Assembly: GCA_964496585.1 (NCBI GenBank)
Contig: CAZCAA010000002.1
Coordinates: 36,995 to 100,994, forward strand
Direction: 5' to 3'
DNA length: 64,000 nt
Source: an uncultured Ferruginibacter sp.
GTDB taxonomy: Bacteria > Bacteroidota > Bacteroidia > Chitinophagales > Chitinophagaceae
The notes under the pieces are model-generated. The model was not told the origin of the DNA. It worked only from the letters and a program-made list of their open reading frames with translations, and made no database searches. Positions 19,272-30,282 of the stretch are shown in pieces (the first letter of the stretch is position 1; each line of letters starts with the position of its first letter). Both the position numbers and the translations under genes were made by a program.

Positions 19272-21191
19272 TTAGTGTAATAGCAAAGTACTTCCTTTTC
19301 GAAAATGAGTTTTGCCGTCAATATCAACAGCTTCCAGCATCCAGACAATAGTTTGGGTTTCTTGTGTCTGGCCATTCACCCTTCCGTCCCATCCAGGAAC
19401 ATCTGAGGTTGTTTCAAATAATAATTTACCCCATCTGCTAAACACCCTGAAATACTTCAATTTATTAAAACCAAGAAGTAAAGGGCGGAGATAATCGTTG
19501 TTGCCATTGCCATCTGGCGTAAACACCGTAGGAACGTAGATAGCGATCTCTTTATGTGTTTTTACCAATTGAGTATCTATCGTTACACAACCGGCTGCAG
19601 TTCTTATCTCAATTGTATACAATTGTTCATTTACGCTTCGAAAATATGGATTGGCAATAATAGGATTATCAAGATAGGTTGCGGGATTCCACAGGATGCT
19701 ATTGCCAAAATTTCGTGCCTGCAATTGAATCGGGAAATTAAAAGCTGCATCTTGTATCGGGTAGCTGATGCCAGCCAGGGAAGTATCAATAATCATATCA
19801 ATAGCCCTTGTTTTAATAGGCTCACCACAAATGCTATTTGTTAGCAATGCATAATATTTTCCTGAACCAGTAACGCTATAGGCTACCTGATTTGCTCCAG
19901 GAATAGGCTGGTCATTTTTAAACCATTGAATCTGCGAAACCGGCAATACTTTTAGTATCGGATCGGCGCCGTTACCTAAACAATGCTGCTGTTCTCCAAT
20001 TAACTCAAGAGAGTTGTCAACGTTTCTTACTTTAACTTTTACCGTGTCGGAACTAAAGCAGCCACCGCCCACACTTTGAATATTTAATATATAAGTAGTA
20101 TCGTAATCCGGTAAAGCTGTTGGGTTGGAACTATTTGGGTCACTTAGTCCCCATGCAGGCGTCCAGTGATAGATTATGCCACTTACTGGAGGAACCCCCA
20201 ACCTCACGGGAGTAAAATTACAGGAAGCCACATCCGGCCCAGCATTAGCTTCTACTACCAGTGTATCCTGTAATTGAACCAGCAAGGTATCCTTACAACC
20301 ATAACCCGGAAAAGGAGAAAGTTCTACTCGATAATCAGTTCCTGCCGGTGGTGGTGGCTGCAGACGTAACACCTGCTGATTGCCTAGCAGTTGCGTAAAA
20401 TCATTATTATACCATTTATAACCAAGATAACCGGAGGGCGCTTTAAGATCAACTATTGTATCCTGCACACAATAAGTTTCACCGGCAAAACTACTTTCAC
20501 ATTTTGAACTCACATCGATATAAGCGTAGCCAAAATGGATTGAATAAGTGCAATCAGCCGTTTTTATAAATATCCTGATGGTTTTACCCTGGTAACCGTT
20601 CAGGTAAACACTGTTCGTTGTCCAGTCTTTGTAACGCACCGGTGACTCACTGGTACGGATAGGAGAAGTAAGGAAGCCGGGTAAATTAGTATACGCAACA
20701 TATGAAAATGAGAAACAATCTATATTTTGATCATCGGTTATATTCCGTAGTTCTATCTCAAGCCGGGGCTGCCTATCAATAGTATGTCCCGGATCTTCGA
20801 ACACAACGGCATAACTATAATTGAGGGTAAATTTATTTGATGTTGGTGGAATTGTAAATTCATATGAAATCCCTTCCGCCATCCCTCCAGCCTGATTATT
20901 TCCCAGTTTGATTGAATGATTGCTGCCGTTAGGACAATTTTTTGGAAAACCGCCATATTCATCCAAGCCATCGCCGGGGATTGCCGACAACATGGTATGC
21001 TGCCCTGGCGCAGGTGAAGGAGTTGCTTGAAGACTGATGATATTTTGCCCATTGTCATCATCTACCGATCCAACGTAACAAGTCCACCCATTAAAAGTTC
21101 CATCCTCAAAATCGATGTTAACAGGGCACTGAGCATTTGAGGTAATACTAACTGTACTGAGTGCGGTACTCAAAACAAATTGTCTTATCAT
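19272..21191 (-). CDS. Gliding-motility-associated C-terminal domain protein (T9SS type B cargo)
   Basis: C-terminal 'VPTVFTPDGNGNND...FSRWG...GWDG...KGSTLLLH'; alternative start 21236. Confidence 0.9.
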   Translation of the reverse strand: MIRQFVLSTALSTVSITSNAQCPVNIDFEDGTFNGWTCYVGSVDDDNGQNIISLQATPSPAPGQHTMLSAIPGDGLDEYGGFPKNCPNGSNHSIKLGNNQAGGMAEGISYEFTIPPTSNKFTLNYSYAVVFEDPGHTIDRQPRLEIELRNITDDQNIDCFSFSYVAYTNLPGFLTSPIRTSESPVRYKDWTTNSVYLNGYQGKTIRIFIKTADCTYSIHFGYAYIDVSSKCESSFAGETYCVQDTIVDLKAPSGYLGYKWYNNDFTQLLGNQQVLRLQPPPPAGTDYRVELSPFPGYGCKDTLLVQLQDTLVVEANAGPDVASCNFTPVRLGVPPVSGIIYHWTPAWGLSDPNSSNPTALPDYDTTYILNIQSVGGGCFSSDTVKVKVRNVDNSLELIGEQQHCLGNGADPILKVLPVSQIQWFKNDQPIPGANQVAYSVTGSGKYYALLTNSICGEPIKTRAIDMIIDTSLAGISYPIQDAAFNFPIQLQARNFGNSILWNPATYLDNPIIANPYFRSVNEQLYTIEIRTAAGCVTIDTQLVKTHKEIAIYVPTVFTPDGNGNNDYLRPLLLGFNKLKYFRVFSRWGKLLFETTSDVPGWDGRVNGQTQETQTIVWMLEAVDIDGKTHFRKGSTLLLH

Positions 21192-21451
21192 TGAAATATT
21201 AAGTAACCGTAGCTTTAGCCCTTTAAAGTTGCTCATTTAAGAAAATCCTTTGAGTTATAAAGATACTTAATTCAGCGCTTTAAAACGATTTCAAGTTATT
21301 AAACGAGCCGATGAAATAGCTATTTTACTTAATTTGAAATGACCGGACAGTATTTTTAGGAAAAAAAATAACCCGAAATAATTACGACAGCAAACATAAT
21401 TTTACTTTTACCCATATTCGAAAAAATACTCTTTTATTAAATTTAAGAAAA

Positions 21452-22012
21452 ATGAAATTACTAATGCTTTTATTAGGATGCAAGCCAGATGGAAGGCACA
21501 CAGAACAACATGACGTACTGTTTACAATAGCCGAAAATTTAGCTGCTGCTATACCTGATATTAAATCTTTCTGGCCAGATGCAGGTGTAATTCATGTGGA
21601 TGCCTGGAGGGAGATATCAGCATTGGAGGGCTTTGATATCAGCGTCCAGCTTAAAGAAAAAATATCTCCTGATGATAACCATTCCAATCAATTATTCTTT
21701 TTAAACCTGGGAGGTTACAAAAAAGATGAATTTGAAGAATTTCATTATAAAATGCTTGCGGTTGCGGAAAATAAATCTGTAGCGATCAAACAAGCTAAAG
21801 CGACTGCGTTTTATAAGCATACGGGATTCAAAGGGGCAGCCTCTCATATTGATGATAAATACGGAGTAGATGTTGATGATGTTTATGAAATAAAAGAGAT
21901 ACTTCCCGAAAGGATAAGGAATAAGTATTCGTTAAAAATAAAGCCGACGAAAGGTAATGTTCCGGATGCGTGGCATCTTGGTTATTTGCCAATGAGCAAG
22001 ATAAAAAAATGA
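21452..22012 (+). CDS. DUF1543 family protein
   Basis: 'EQHDV...HVDAW' and 'LFFLNLGGY...EFHY...HIDD' duplicated pattern. Confidence 0.85.
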   Translation: MKLLMLLLGCKPDGRHTEQHDVLFTIAENLAAAIPDIKSFWPDAGVIHVDAWREISALEGFDISVQLKEKISPDDNHSNQLFFLNLGGYKKDEFEEFHYKMLAVAENKSVAIKQAKATAFYKHTGFKGAASHIDDKYGVDVDDVYEIKEILPERIRNKYSLKIKPTKGNVPDAWHLGYLPMSKIKK

Positions 22013-22019
22013 TTCAATG

Positions 22020-24434
22020 TTATTCTCCGAGTAGTTTTTCAATATGAATCAGTTTTCCTGTTTCATCAAATCCTTCTACAATACAAATTAGTTTTTTCGA
22101 AAAATCATTATTTTTAAAATTGATCCTGATTTTTTCAGAGCCCGCACCGGAACTCACTATATTGCTCCAGTAAAGTGTTTGCCTGTTATCAATTGATTTA
22201 GGTAGATTATTACCCGATCCGTATTTGGGTTCATAAAAATCTTTGGTAATTTCATACCCCTGATAAGAAATGTATTTTTGTGCTGAGGATGATCCTGAAG
22301 GCTGTTCATCCTCTGGTTTTTTCAAATAAACAGCTAAGGCGCCACCGGGTGCTTGTGTACCTACTCCCACAAAACCCGCTTCGTAAAACTTTATCATAGC
22401 TACCTTATCCATAGTAATTGAATTTGCCATGGGAAGACTAACAGCATTTTCATCGACAAGAAATTCTACTATCCAGTTTCTTTGAGATAGCAAACTAAAG
22501 TTTTTTTTATTTACCAGGGCTTCATAGCCTGCATCATACGCTAAAGATGGTATGTTAGTGAGTACATAATTAACTACGTTGAGCGACTTATTGTTGTAAG
22601 GATTATTAATATTATCCAATATCAGCTTTCCTGAACTTCTGAACAATGGGCTTGCGTATTTATCATTAATCTTGTCGGCGGGGCGTTTAAACGTTGTTTT
22701 CAGAAAAACGGTACTAAGTTGCTTGAATTTGCTTTCGAAGGGAAGCCCCGGTCCGGCGTTAGGTATAGGCGATAATTCATTTTCTACTGGTTGATAAAAA
22801 GAACTGCCACTTTTTGTTGTTGCCATCATTCTAAAATACTCCTCACCTGCATCATCATCCAGCAATATTTCTACCGGCATCTTTTTACCTGATGCATTTG
22901 AGTATGTATAATATATCCTGGCATTTCCAAAAAATATCATGGAATCAAGTTTAAATTTCCCATTTTTATCAACCAACGCATCAACAAATTGAATAGATGA
23001 ATCTGACGACAATAGCTGAAAACTAAGACTTCCTGAAGAAAGAGGTTCAAGTTTTTTTTGATCATTTACCGTTCCGGAAATCATTATTAAAAAATGATCA
23101 TTTTTTATCTTCTTACGGTAGCCTGCTTCTGCTGTTGATTTTATCCAGTTGTACCTCGTCCATCCGTGAGTAAGCATTACGTTATCTAAAGCCAATCTGC
23201 TTAACTCACTGTCCTGATCAAAATACCAGGATGGATTGTATAAGGTTCCTCTAATATCTGAGGTTAGTAAAAGCCTGGATAAAATATTCTCCTTATTGGG
23301 AAAATCTTGTGCATCGGCATCGGTAACGGAAACGGATAAGCTACGTTGCGTTGTATCTCCGAAAACAATCTCAAAACTATTTGAAGTTCTTTTTTCACTG
23401 GAAAAAATCAGGGGATTTATTTCAGCTTTCAGGAGATACTCATGGTTATTAAGAAACGACAATCTTTCTGCCAATGGTATACCACCTTTGTTAAGCACAA
23501 TAAAATGCAGGATACCTGATGGCAGGTTATCCGTTTTTAAAAAACCAGTTAACACCTGGTCATTACCAAAACTGATAGCATTCTCAAAAACTGTATCCTT
23601 ATTCATTATTACCAGCATACGGAGTGAATCAAAGAGCTCCATTTGTGCCCTGCTTCGCGTTAACTCAAATATCCTGCCCGAATCAGCAATTGCTATTTTA
23701 AGATTAATTCCGGAAGCTGTAACCGGTGGAAGCGGAAAGCTATATTTTTTTCCGTTAATTATTATTTCTGCAGTCAGCGTATCTGTTAGGTGTGGTGTGA
23801 AAGATGTTCTGCCAATTCCATCATGCAGGGATACGAAACTGGCTATTAGCCTATTATCATTTGTCTTAATGTCGCCTTTAACCGATACCGGGCTTCCGTA
23901 TTCATCTGTTGCTTTAAAGGCAACCTGTGTTCTGATTCTATTTATAAGCTGGCCACTCTCCGGAAAAAACTGAAGCGAAATTTTTGATGACCGAATTGTA
24001 TCGGGTTTGTTATCCATGGCATTAAATACAAAGATCTTTTTTTCATAAAAAAAACCTGTCTCGCTTTCTGCCATCGATTTGGTAATCGCTTTGATAGCAT
24101 AGTATCCGCTCAACAAAGTATCGCTAAAAACAAAATTCCCGGTTATGGTAGAACCCAACACCGGATATCTTTTATTGGCAATGATTTTACCTGCGAGATC
24201 CTGAACCTGCAAAAACAGTTCGGCACTACCTGCCGAAGGAAGGCTATTTTTATATAAGTATCCTTTAAACCAGGCGGTATCACCGGCATTGTAATATGGA
24301 CGATCAAAATGAAAATATGCTTTTTCATCATTACTATTTATGTTGCCGTTTTTTTTACTTTGTGCTAAAACCGTTAAACTTAGCATTGAGAGAAACAATA
24401 GCAACAAAATTCTATTTGCACATTTTTCGATCAT
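22020..24434 (-). CDS. Large exported protein with MG2-like N-terminus and plug-like C-terminus
   Basis: 'HFDRPYYNAGDTAWFK', 'FFPESG', 'LDNVMLTHGW', 'RQTLYW...VEG'. Confidence 0.8.
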   Translation of the reverse strand: MIEKCANRILLLLFLSMLSLTVLAQSKKNGNINSNDEKAYFHFDRPYYNAGDTAWFKGYLYKNSLPSAGSAELFLQVQDLAGKIIANKRYPVLGSTITGNFVFSDTLLSGYYAIKAITKSMAESETGFFYEKKIFVFNAMDNKPDTIRSSKISLQFFPESGQLINRIRTQVAFKATDEYGSPVSVKGDIKTNDNRLIASFVSLHDGIGRTSFTPHLTDTLTAEIIINGKKYSFPLPPVTASGINLKIAIADSGRIFELTRSRAQMELFDSLRMLVIMNKDTVFENAISFGNDQVLTGFLKTDNLPSGILHFIVLNKGGIPLAERLSFLNNHEYLLKAEINPLIFSSEKRTSNSFEIVFGDTTQRSLSVSVTDADAQDFPNKENILSRLLLTSDIRGTLYNPSWYFDQDSELSRLALDNVMLTHGWTRYNWIKSTAEAGYRKKIKNDHFLIMISGTVNDQKKLEPLSSGSLSFQLLSSDSSIQFVDALVDKNGKFKLDSMIFFGNARIYYTYSNASGKKMPVEILLDDDAGEEYFRMMATTKSGSSFYQPVENELSPIPNAGPGLPFESKFKQLSTVFLKTTFKRPADKINDKYASPLFRSSGKLILDNINNPYNNKSLNVVNYVLTNIPSLAYDAGYEALVNKKNFSLLSQRNWIVEFLVDENAVSLPMANSITMDKVAMIKFYEAGFVGVGTQAPGGALAVYLKKPEDEQPSGSSSAQKYISYQGYEITKDFYEPKYGSGNNLPKSIDNRQTLYWSNIVSSGAGSEKIRINFKNNDFSKKLICIVEGFDETGKLIHIEKLLGE

Positions 24435-24544
24435 AATAACGTTAATTCTTTGTAAATTTAAATATTCTTGCAACTGTTTCCTAACCGGCTATAAATTAAT
24501 AGTTAATTTTTGGCAAAACAATTTCATTTAAACAAGCTACTATT

Positions 24545-25018
24545 ATGAAGATCCAATTTTGGACAGTGGGAAAGGCGCATGAAAGCTATGTAAAGGAAGG
24601 TGTTGAAATTTTCACAAAGAGAATTTCGAATTATTATCCCGTTCAATGGAATATTCTTCCAATGCCCAAGAATGCAGGACTAATGGAAGAAAATGATCTA
24701 AAAACCAAAGAAGGAGAAATGATTCTTACGATGTTAAAAAAAGAGGATTACCTCGTTGTGCTTGATGAGCGTGGAAAGCAGCTCAACAGTGAGGGCATCG
24801 CGGCCTTCCTTCAGTTACGAGCCAATGAAAGTGAAAAAAATATTGTGTTTCTTATTGGCGGTGCATACGGCGTTAGCAACAATATATATCAACGGGCGAA
24901 TTACACCTGGAGTTTATCGCAACTCGTATTTCCACATCAACTGGTAAGGCTTATCCTTGCTGAACAAATTTACAGGGCATGCAGTATTTTAAGAAATGAA
25001 AAGTACCACCACTCTTAA
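24545..25018 (+). CDS. rlmH: 23S rRNA (pseudouridine1915-N3)-methyltransferase
   Basis: 'LDERGK', 'FLIGGAYG', 'FPHQLVRLILAEQIYRA...YHH'. Confidence 0.96.
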   Translation: MKIQFWTVGKAHESYVKEGVEIFTKRISNYYPVQWNILPMPKNAGLMEENDLKTKEGEMILTMLKKEDYLVVLDERGKQLNSEGIAAFLQLRANESEKNIVFLIGGAYGVSNNIYQRANYTWSLSQLVFPHQLVRLILAEQIYRACSILRNEKYHHS

Positions 25019-25117
25019 TTATAAATTTATATCTATCAACGCGTAAAACAATAGGAGTTTACAAAACGAAAAAAAGCCATACCACATTATTCGTTAATTT
25101 TGAATAAAATAATATCA

Positions 25118-25768
25118 ATGGATTTTACTGACGCACCCGTTACCCTTTTCCTTATTGCCGCTAACGCCATATTTTCATTTATTGGATTTTCAAACAGAAG
25201 TATGGTTGATAAAACAATCATGTGGCCATATTATATTAAAAGGGAGCATCAATATTATCGCTTTATTACCTCGGGATTTTTACATGCAGACTGGATGCAC
25301 CTGATCTTTAATATGTTTACGTTGTATTTCTTTGGCAGAAATATAGAATTGCTTTTTTCTGCATACGGCCTAGGCGGAAATTTATCTTACATAATCTTAT
25401 ATCTCACCGGAATGCTGATTGCAGACCTTCCATCTTATTTCAGACACAAAGACGATTATGCTTACAAAGCATTGGGTGCTTCAGGAGCAGTTTCTGCTGT
25501 TGTTTTTGCAGCAATCGTTTTCAGCCCATGGTCTAGTATTTACCTGTATGGGGCAATAAAACTTTCGGCACTTGCTTATGCCATCCTGTTTATCGTTTAC
25601 TGTGTTTATATGGATAAAAAAGGTGGAGATAATATTAACCACAATGCGCATTTATGGGGAGCCTTGTTTGGATTGGTATTTACGTTAATACTGGTAGCCG
25701 CTTTACAACCCACCCTATTCAATGGTATTTTAGAAGAATTGAAAAAGCCAAGTATTTTAGGCAGGTGA
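25118..25768 (+). CDS. Rhomboid intramembrane serine protease
   Basis: 'HADWMHLIFNM', 'GASG', 'AHLWG'. Confidence 0.93.
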   Translation: MDFTDAPVTLFLIAANAIFSFIGFSNRSMVDKTIMWPYYIKREHQYYRFITSGFLHADWMHLIFNMFTLYFFGRNIELLFSAYGLGGNLSYIILYLTGMLIADLPSYFRHKDDYAYKALGASGAVSAVVFAAIVFSPWSSIYLYGAIKLSALAYAILFIVYCVYMDKKGGDNINHNAHLWGALFGLVFTLILVAALQPTLFNGILEELKKPSILGR

Positions 25769-27106
25769 TAATTCCATCCGGATAATATCTTGTGTTTGCG
25801 CATCTATCTTAAACCGATCATCAATTCGTTGCCCTACAACCCAAATAATTTTTTTATCCATTTCAACTACCCAGGTATTTTCTTTCTGAGGAAGAGATAA
25901 TTTATTATCAATAAAGAATCTGCTAAGCTTCTTCTTTTTTTTCATTCCTAACGGATAGAAGTAATCGCCCTGCTGCCACTTTCGTAACAACAGTGGAAAC
26001 ACAATCTCTTTGGCATCCACCTGGGCTACAAATGAATCACTTTCTATTTTTATTGGCCTATACATTTTCTTTACAGTGATTGATTGCCCGGCGAATTGAA
26101 TCTTTTCGTCTGGCGCCTCAATTAAATAATTTGATTGGTCATCAGATTGTAAAAGGGAAATAATTAGCCACTTGCGGTTTCTAATTATCTGATGAGTTGA
26201 GGAGTCAATGAATTTCCCCGAACCGGCATTCAATAATCTTATAATATCACCTGTTTGCTTAGAGGTAAACCCAAACTCTTTTGTAATTTCAAACAATACT
26301 GTTTGTAAAGCTTCGGTTTTCAATAATTTCAGAACCGGCATTTGCAATGTCTTTTTATTATGTATCAGCAGCTTTTTTTTCAAATGCTCAATTGCCTGTT
26401 TATAAAGCAGATTAACTTCAGAAAATCTGTTAATATTATCAAGCAAGTTATCTTCCACTTTTGGGTAAACTGCAGTAAGCGCCGGAATTAGTTTATTTCT
26501 GAAATAATTTCGGGTGTATTTGTCACTTTGATTGGAAGCATCTTCACGAAAGGAAAGCCCGTTATCGGTGGCATATTGTACCAGGTCTTCCTTTTTTGCA
26601 AATAGTAACGGCCTGATAATTTGCTGTTCCTTTCCGCTTTTGGGAAGTATTCCCTGCAAGCCTGCAATTCCTGTTCCTTTAAAGAAGTTCATCAATAGCG
26701 TTTCTACATTATCGTTAGCATGATGAGCCGTTAAAAGTTTTTTGAATGGGCTGCCGTTCCTGGTATCGGTAAGTTCTGCAAACCATGAATAACGAAGATT
26801 TCTTGCAGCTACCTGAATGCTTTCTTTGTTTTCGTTTGCATAGTTGGATGTATCAAATCTTTTGATAAAATATTCAATTTCATATTTGCCAGCTAACATT
26901 TGTATCAGCGCTTCATCGGCATCGCTTTCGGTCCCTCTCAATTGAAAATTACAATGAGCAATTGCAAAATCGTAACCTGCCTGCTTACATAAGTGGCAAA
27001 GCACCATTGAATCCACTCCGCCACTAACTGCAAGGAGTACCCTATCCTTATGTTGAAAGAGTTTTTCCTGATTAATAAATTGCTGAAATTGTTGAAGCAG
27101 ATTCAT
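25757..27106 (-). CDS. tilS: tRNA(Ile)-lysidine synthetase
   Basis: 'AVSGGVDS', 'TAHHANDNVET', 'RPLL', 'RNYFR'. Confidence 0.96.
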   Translation of the reverse strand: MNLLQQFQQFINQEKLFQHKDRVLLAVSGGVDSMVLCHLCKQAGYDFAIAHCNFQLRGTESDADEALIQMLAGKYEIEYFIKRFDTSNYANENKESIQVAARNLRYSWFAELTDTRNGSPFKKLLTAHHANDNVETLLMNFFKGTGIAGLQGILPKSGKEQQIIRPLLFAKKEDLVQYATDNGLSFREDASNQSDKYTRNYFRNKLIPALTAVYPKVEDNLLDNINRFSEVNLLYKQAIEHLKKKLLIHNKKTLQMPVLKLLKTEALQTVLFEITKEFGFTSKQTGDIIRLLNAGSGKFIDSSTHQIIRNRKWLIISLLQSDDQSNYLIEAPDEKIQFAGQSITVKKMYRPIKIESDSFVAQVDAKEIVFPLLLRKWQQGDYFYPLGMKKKKKLSRFFIDNKLSLPQKENTWVVEMDKKIIWVVGQRIDDRFKIDAQTQDIIRMELSPA

Positions 27107-27217
27107 ATTCCTGTTGATTGATATCTTATACCTGTAATTGTTTATTTTAAAATTATCACTTGTGATGGCATCTTCGGTACTTATAAGTTCATAGCGCTAA
27201 CCAGGAAATGAACAAAC

Positions 27218-27529
27218 TCAATCCTCCAGATCTTCTAAAGCTCCCTGTAATTCGTTGTAGCTGTGCTGGTCACCGGCTTTTTTAGCCTCCTCCATGCCTC
27301 TTTTATAAACCCGTATTGCTTTGTCGAAATCGGCTACACGTTCTAAAAGTTTACCCAAATGATAATAAGAACCTATATAACTGGGTTCTCTCAATAAAAT
27401 CTCATTAAAAAGTTTCCTGGCTGCTTCATCGTTGTCTATTTTAATATATTCCAGCGCCAGCGCATGTTGCAAAAAACTATCCTTATCGGCAGTTTTCATA
27501 AATTCCAGTAATTTCTCTATTCTACTCAT
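27218..27529 (-). CDS. Tetratricopeptide repeat protein
   Basis: 'FLQHALALEY...SYYHLGKLLE...A...Y'. Confidence 0.85.
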   Translation of the reverse strand: MSRIEKLLEFMKTADKDSFLQHALALEYIKIDNDEAARKLFNEILLREPSYIGSYYHLGKLLERVADFDKAIRVYKRGMEEAKKAGDQHSYNELQGALEDLED

Positions 27530-27589
27530 TCAACAATGTTTTTTAAACTGTGTTTTAAAATTATCTTTGCAACGCTTATATTTGCACTT

Positions 27590-27605
27590 AGTTGCATAAA
27601 CAACT
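27590..27605. promoter_or_regulatory. Palindromic operator candidate upstream of etfBA
   Basis: AGTTG-CATAAA-CAACT downstream of the promoter match TATCTTTG (~27562). Confidence 0.45.
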
Positions 27606-27657
27606 TTTATTCACTCATCCCTATTACTTTACAGGTAAAAGGCAAAAGATATAATAA

Positions 27658-28401
27658 ATGAAGATTTTAGTTTGCATCAGTAAAACGCCCGATACAACGG
27701 CAAAAATAGCCTTCGCAGATAACAATACGAAATTTGCGGCAGACGGTGTACAATGGATTATCAATCCATACGATGAATGGTATGCATTGGTAAGGGCCAT
27801 CGAATTAAAAGAAGCCGATGCTTCAACCGTTATTCACCTGGTAAATATTGGCACGGCCGACAGCGAACCAATTATACGCAAAGCACTTGCATTGGGCGGA
27901 GACGAAGCTTTCCGTGTAAATACCGATAATTCCGACAGTTTTTTCATAGCCTCTCAAATTGCAGCGATTGCAAAAGAAGGAAACTATGACCTTATTTTTA
28001 CCGGAAAAGAAACGATCGATTATAATGGGTCGTCTATTGGCGGAATGTTGGCTGAATTGCTGGATCTGCCTTATATTTCACATGCCCTGAAGTTTGATCT
28101 GGAAGCTGGAAAAGCAATTGTTGTGAGAGAAATTGAAGGGGGCGAAGAAACAGATCATGTGGCACTACCTGTTGTGGTTAGTTGCCAGAAAGGTATGGCT
28201 GAACAACGTATTCCCAACATGAAAGGAATTATGGGTGCCAGAACCAAACCACTGAAAGTTACAGAGCCTGTAGCTGCTGAAACATATACCAGCATCGCTT
28301 CATTTGATCTTCCACCAGCAAAGGCCGGTGTAAAATTGGTTTCTCCGGAAACACCGGAAGAATTGGTTAGGTTATTACACGAAGAAGCCAGAGTGATCTA
28401 A
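27658..28401 (+). CDS. etfB: Electron transfer flavoprotein beta subunit
   Basis: 'MKILVCISKTPD', 'INPYDE', 'GKETIDY'. Confidence 0.95.
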   Translation: MKILVCISKTPDTTAKIAFADNNTKFAADGVQWIINPYDEWYALVRAIELKEADASTVIHLVNIGTADSEPIIRKALALGGDEAFRVNTDNSDSFFIASQIAAIAKEGNYDLIFTGKETIDYNGSSIGGMLAELLDLPYISHALKFDLEAGKAIVVREIEGGEETDHVALPVVVSCQKGMAEQRIPNMKGIMGARTKPLKVTEPVAAETYTSIASFDLPPAKAGVKLVSPETPEELVRLLHEEARVI

Positions 28402-28542
28402 AGTAGTTTATCCAGCAGAAATAATGCTGAATCACTTTTAGTAAATATCACGCAGCGATAAAAATGATCATTGATCAAAAAAGTAATTACACTAAATAAC
28501 AACTTTGTTTTCAAAAGAATCAGGGTTATAAAATAACATAAC

Positions 28543-29505
28543 ATGAGCGTATTAGTATTTCTCGATCAGGCAGATGGCCACATAAAAAAATCATCATTTG
28601 AAGCAGCCAGTTATGCTTCAAAAATTGCTTCACAAACCGGCACAACGGCAGAAGCCATTGTTTTTGGAACAGTAAGCGATGATCTTGCTGCCATCGGTAA
28701 TTATGGAATTAAAAAAGTACACACCGTGCAGGATGCCAGCCTTAATAACCTGGATGCACAGGTATATACAAATATCATTGCTCAAGCAGTGACAGCCATA
28801 GGGGCTGATGTGATCGTGTTTTCCAATAACACTTCCGGTAAAGCGGTAGCGCCAAGGTTGAGCGTGAAATTAAAAGCAGGACTGGTTTCTGGTGCCATTG
28901 CTTTACCAGATACAGGTAACGGTTTTACCGTTAAGAAAACTGTATTCAGTGGCAAAGCTTTTGCTAATATCACAGTAAACACAGCGATAAAAATAATATC
29001 ACTGAACCCTAACTCCTTTAGTGTTGTTACTACTGGTGAGACAGCAGAAGTGGCAGCATTTTCAGCTACCATTAACCCCGCCAAAGTAACAGTTGCGAGT
29101 GTAAATAAAGTTGTTGGAGAGGTACCGTTAAGTGAAGCCGAAATTGTTGTAAGCGGCGGTCGTGGGTTAAAAGGTCCTGAAAACTGGGGACTCGTAACAG
29201 AACTTGCTGGTTTATTGGGTGCTGCTACGGCCTGTAGCCGCCCGGTTGCGGATATCAACTGGCGCCCTCACCATGAGCACGTTGGACAAACAGGTTTGGC
29301 AATAGCACCAAATTTATACATTGCCATAGGCATATCGGGAGCAATTCAACACCTGGCAGGTGTAAACAGGAGTAAAACGATTGTTGTTATCAATAAAGAT
29401 CCAGAAGCACCGTTTTTTAAAGCAGCTGATTATGGAATAGTTGGTGATGCCTTTGAAGTAATGCCAAAGATTATAGAAGCTGTTAAAAAATTAAAAGGAG
29501 TATAA
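28543..29505 (+). CDS. etfA: Electron transfer flavoprotein alpha subunit
   Basis: 'VSGGRG', 'VGQTG', 'GISGAIQHLAG', 'INKDPEAP'. Confidence 0.96.
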   Translation: MSVLVFLDQADGHIKKSSFEAASYASKIASQTGTTAEAIVFGTVSDDLAAIGNYGIKKVHTVQDASLNNLDAQVYTNIIAQAVTAIGADVIVFSNNTSGKAVAPRLSVKLKAGLVSGAIALPDTGNGFTVKKTVFSGKAFANITVNTAIKIISLNPNSFSVVTTGETAEVAAFSATINPAKVTVASVNKVVGEVPLSEAEIVVSGGRGLKGPENWGLVTELAGLLGAATACSRPVADINWRPHHEHVGQTGLAIAPNLYIAIGISGAIQHLAGVNRSKTIVVINKDPEAPFFKAADYGIVGDAFEVMPKIIEAVKKLKGV

Positions 29506-29567
29506 TTTTATTGTTATCCTGTTCTCTTTAAGCTGAGTAATAGAAATAATAAAAAAGCTTATATTTA

Positions 29568-29597
29568 AAAGCCTTTCAATTAAATTTGAAAGGCTTT
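29568..29597 (+). terminator. Terminator-like hairpin after etfA
   Basis: AAAGCCTTTCAA-ttaaat-TTGAAAGGCTTT. Confidence 0.7.
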
Positions 29598-29645
29598 AGT
29601 TTTATCTTTGTAAAAAGTAACCCTCAACTTTATTAATAGCCTTGC

Positions 29646-30227
29646 ATGAAAAAAATTGAATTGGAAATTGTGGCATTGTCTCATAGCATTACTCAAACCC
29701 ATTCTTACGCCGTGGTTTTAGGTGAAATAAACGGGCTTCGCCGCCTACCTATTGTTATTGGAGGGTTTGAAGCACAAGCCATTGCAGTAGCGCTTGAAAG
29801 GATGAATCCGAGCAGGCCGCTTACGCACGATCTGATGAAAAATTTTATGATGGCTTTCAATGTAGAATTACACGAGATTGTGATAAATGATTTGCAGGAA
29901 GGCATCTTTTATTCTAAACTGGTTTGCAGTTCTGCCAATGATACTGTAGAAATAGATTCGCGTACCTCTGATGCATTGGCTTTAGCAGTTAGATTTGCTT
30001 GCCCCATATTTACCTACGATACCATCCTGGACCAGGCTGGTGTTTTAATGGAAGATGACAATAAAAAAGGAACAGCTGCTGTTACAACAGAAACAGGTGG
30101 CAAAGATGATCTTAGTTCGATGAGTCTCGATGAATTAAACACCCTTCTTACAGATGTATTGGAACACGAAGATTATATAAAAGCTATTGCTATCAGGGAT
30201 GAGATCAAGAGCAGGAAGGGGAAGTAG
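29646..30227 (+). CDS. Bifunctional nuclease family (DUF151) protein with UVR domain
   Basis: 'LPIVIG..EAQAI', 'RPLTHDL', 'DSRTSDALALA', 'EDYIKAIAIRDEI'. Confidence 0.92.
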   Translation: MKKIELEIVALSHSITQTHSYAVVLGEINGLRRLPIVIGGFEAQAIAVALERMNPSRPLTHDLMKNFMMAFNVELHEIVINDLQEGIFYSKLVCSSANDTVEIDSRTSDALALAVRFACPIFTYDTILDQAGVLMEDDNKKGTAAVTTETGGKDDLSSMSLDELNTLLTDVLEHEDYIKAIAIRDEIKSRKGK

Positions 30228-30282
30228 CGTTAGGCTTCAGATAATGTGCAATTGAGTTTCTAATTAAATTTAGCCAGGTAAG

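Noticed and set aside
23236-23973. 245-aa plus-strand ORF
   Set aside because: Fully antisense to the 22020-24434 gene; Ser/Leu/Ile-rich shadow frame with no motifs
28782-29258. 158-aa minus-strand ORF
   Set aside because: Antisense shadow of etfA
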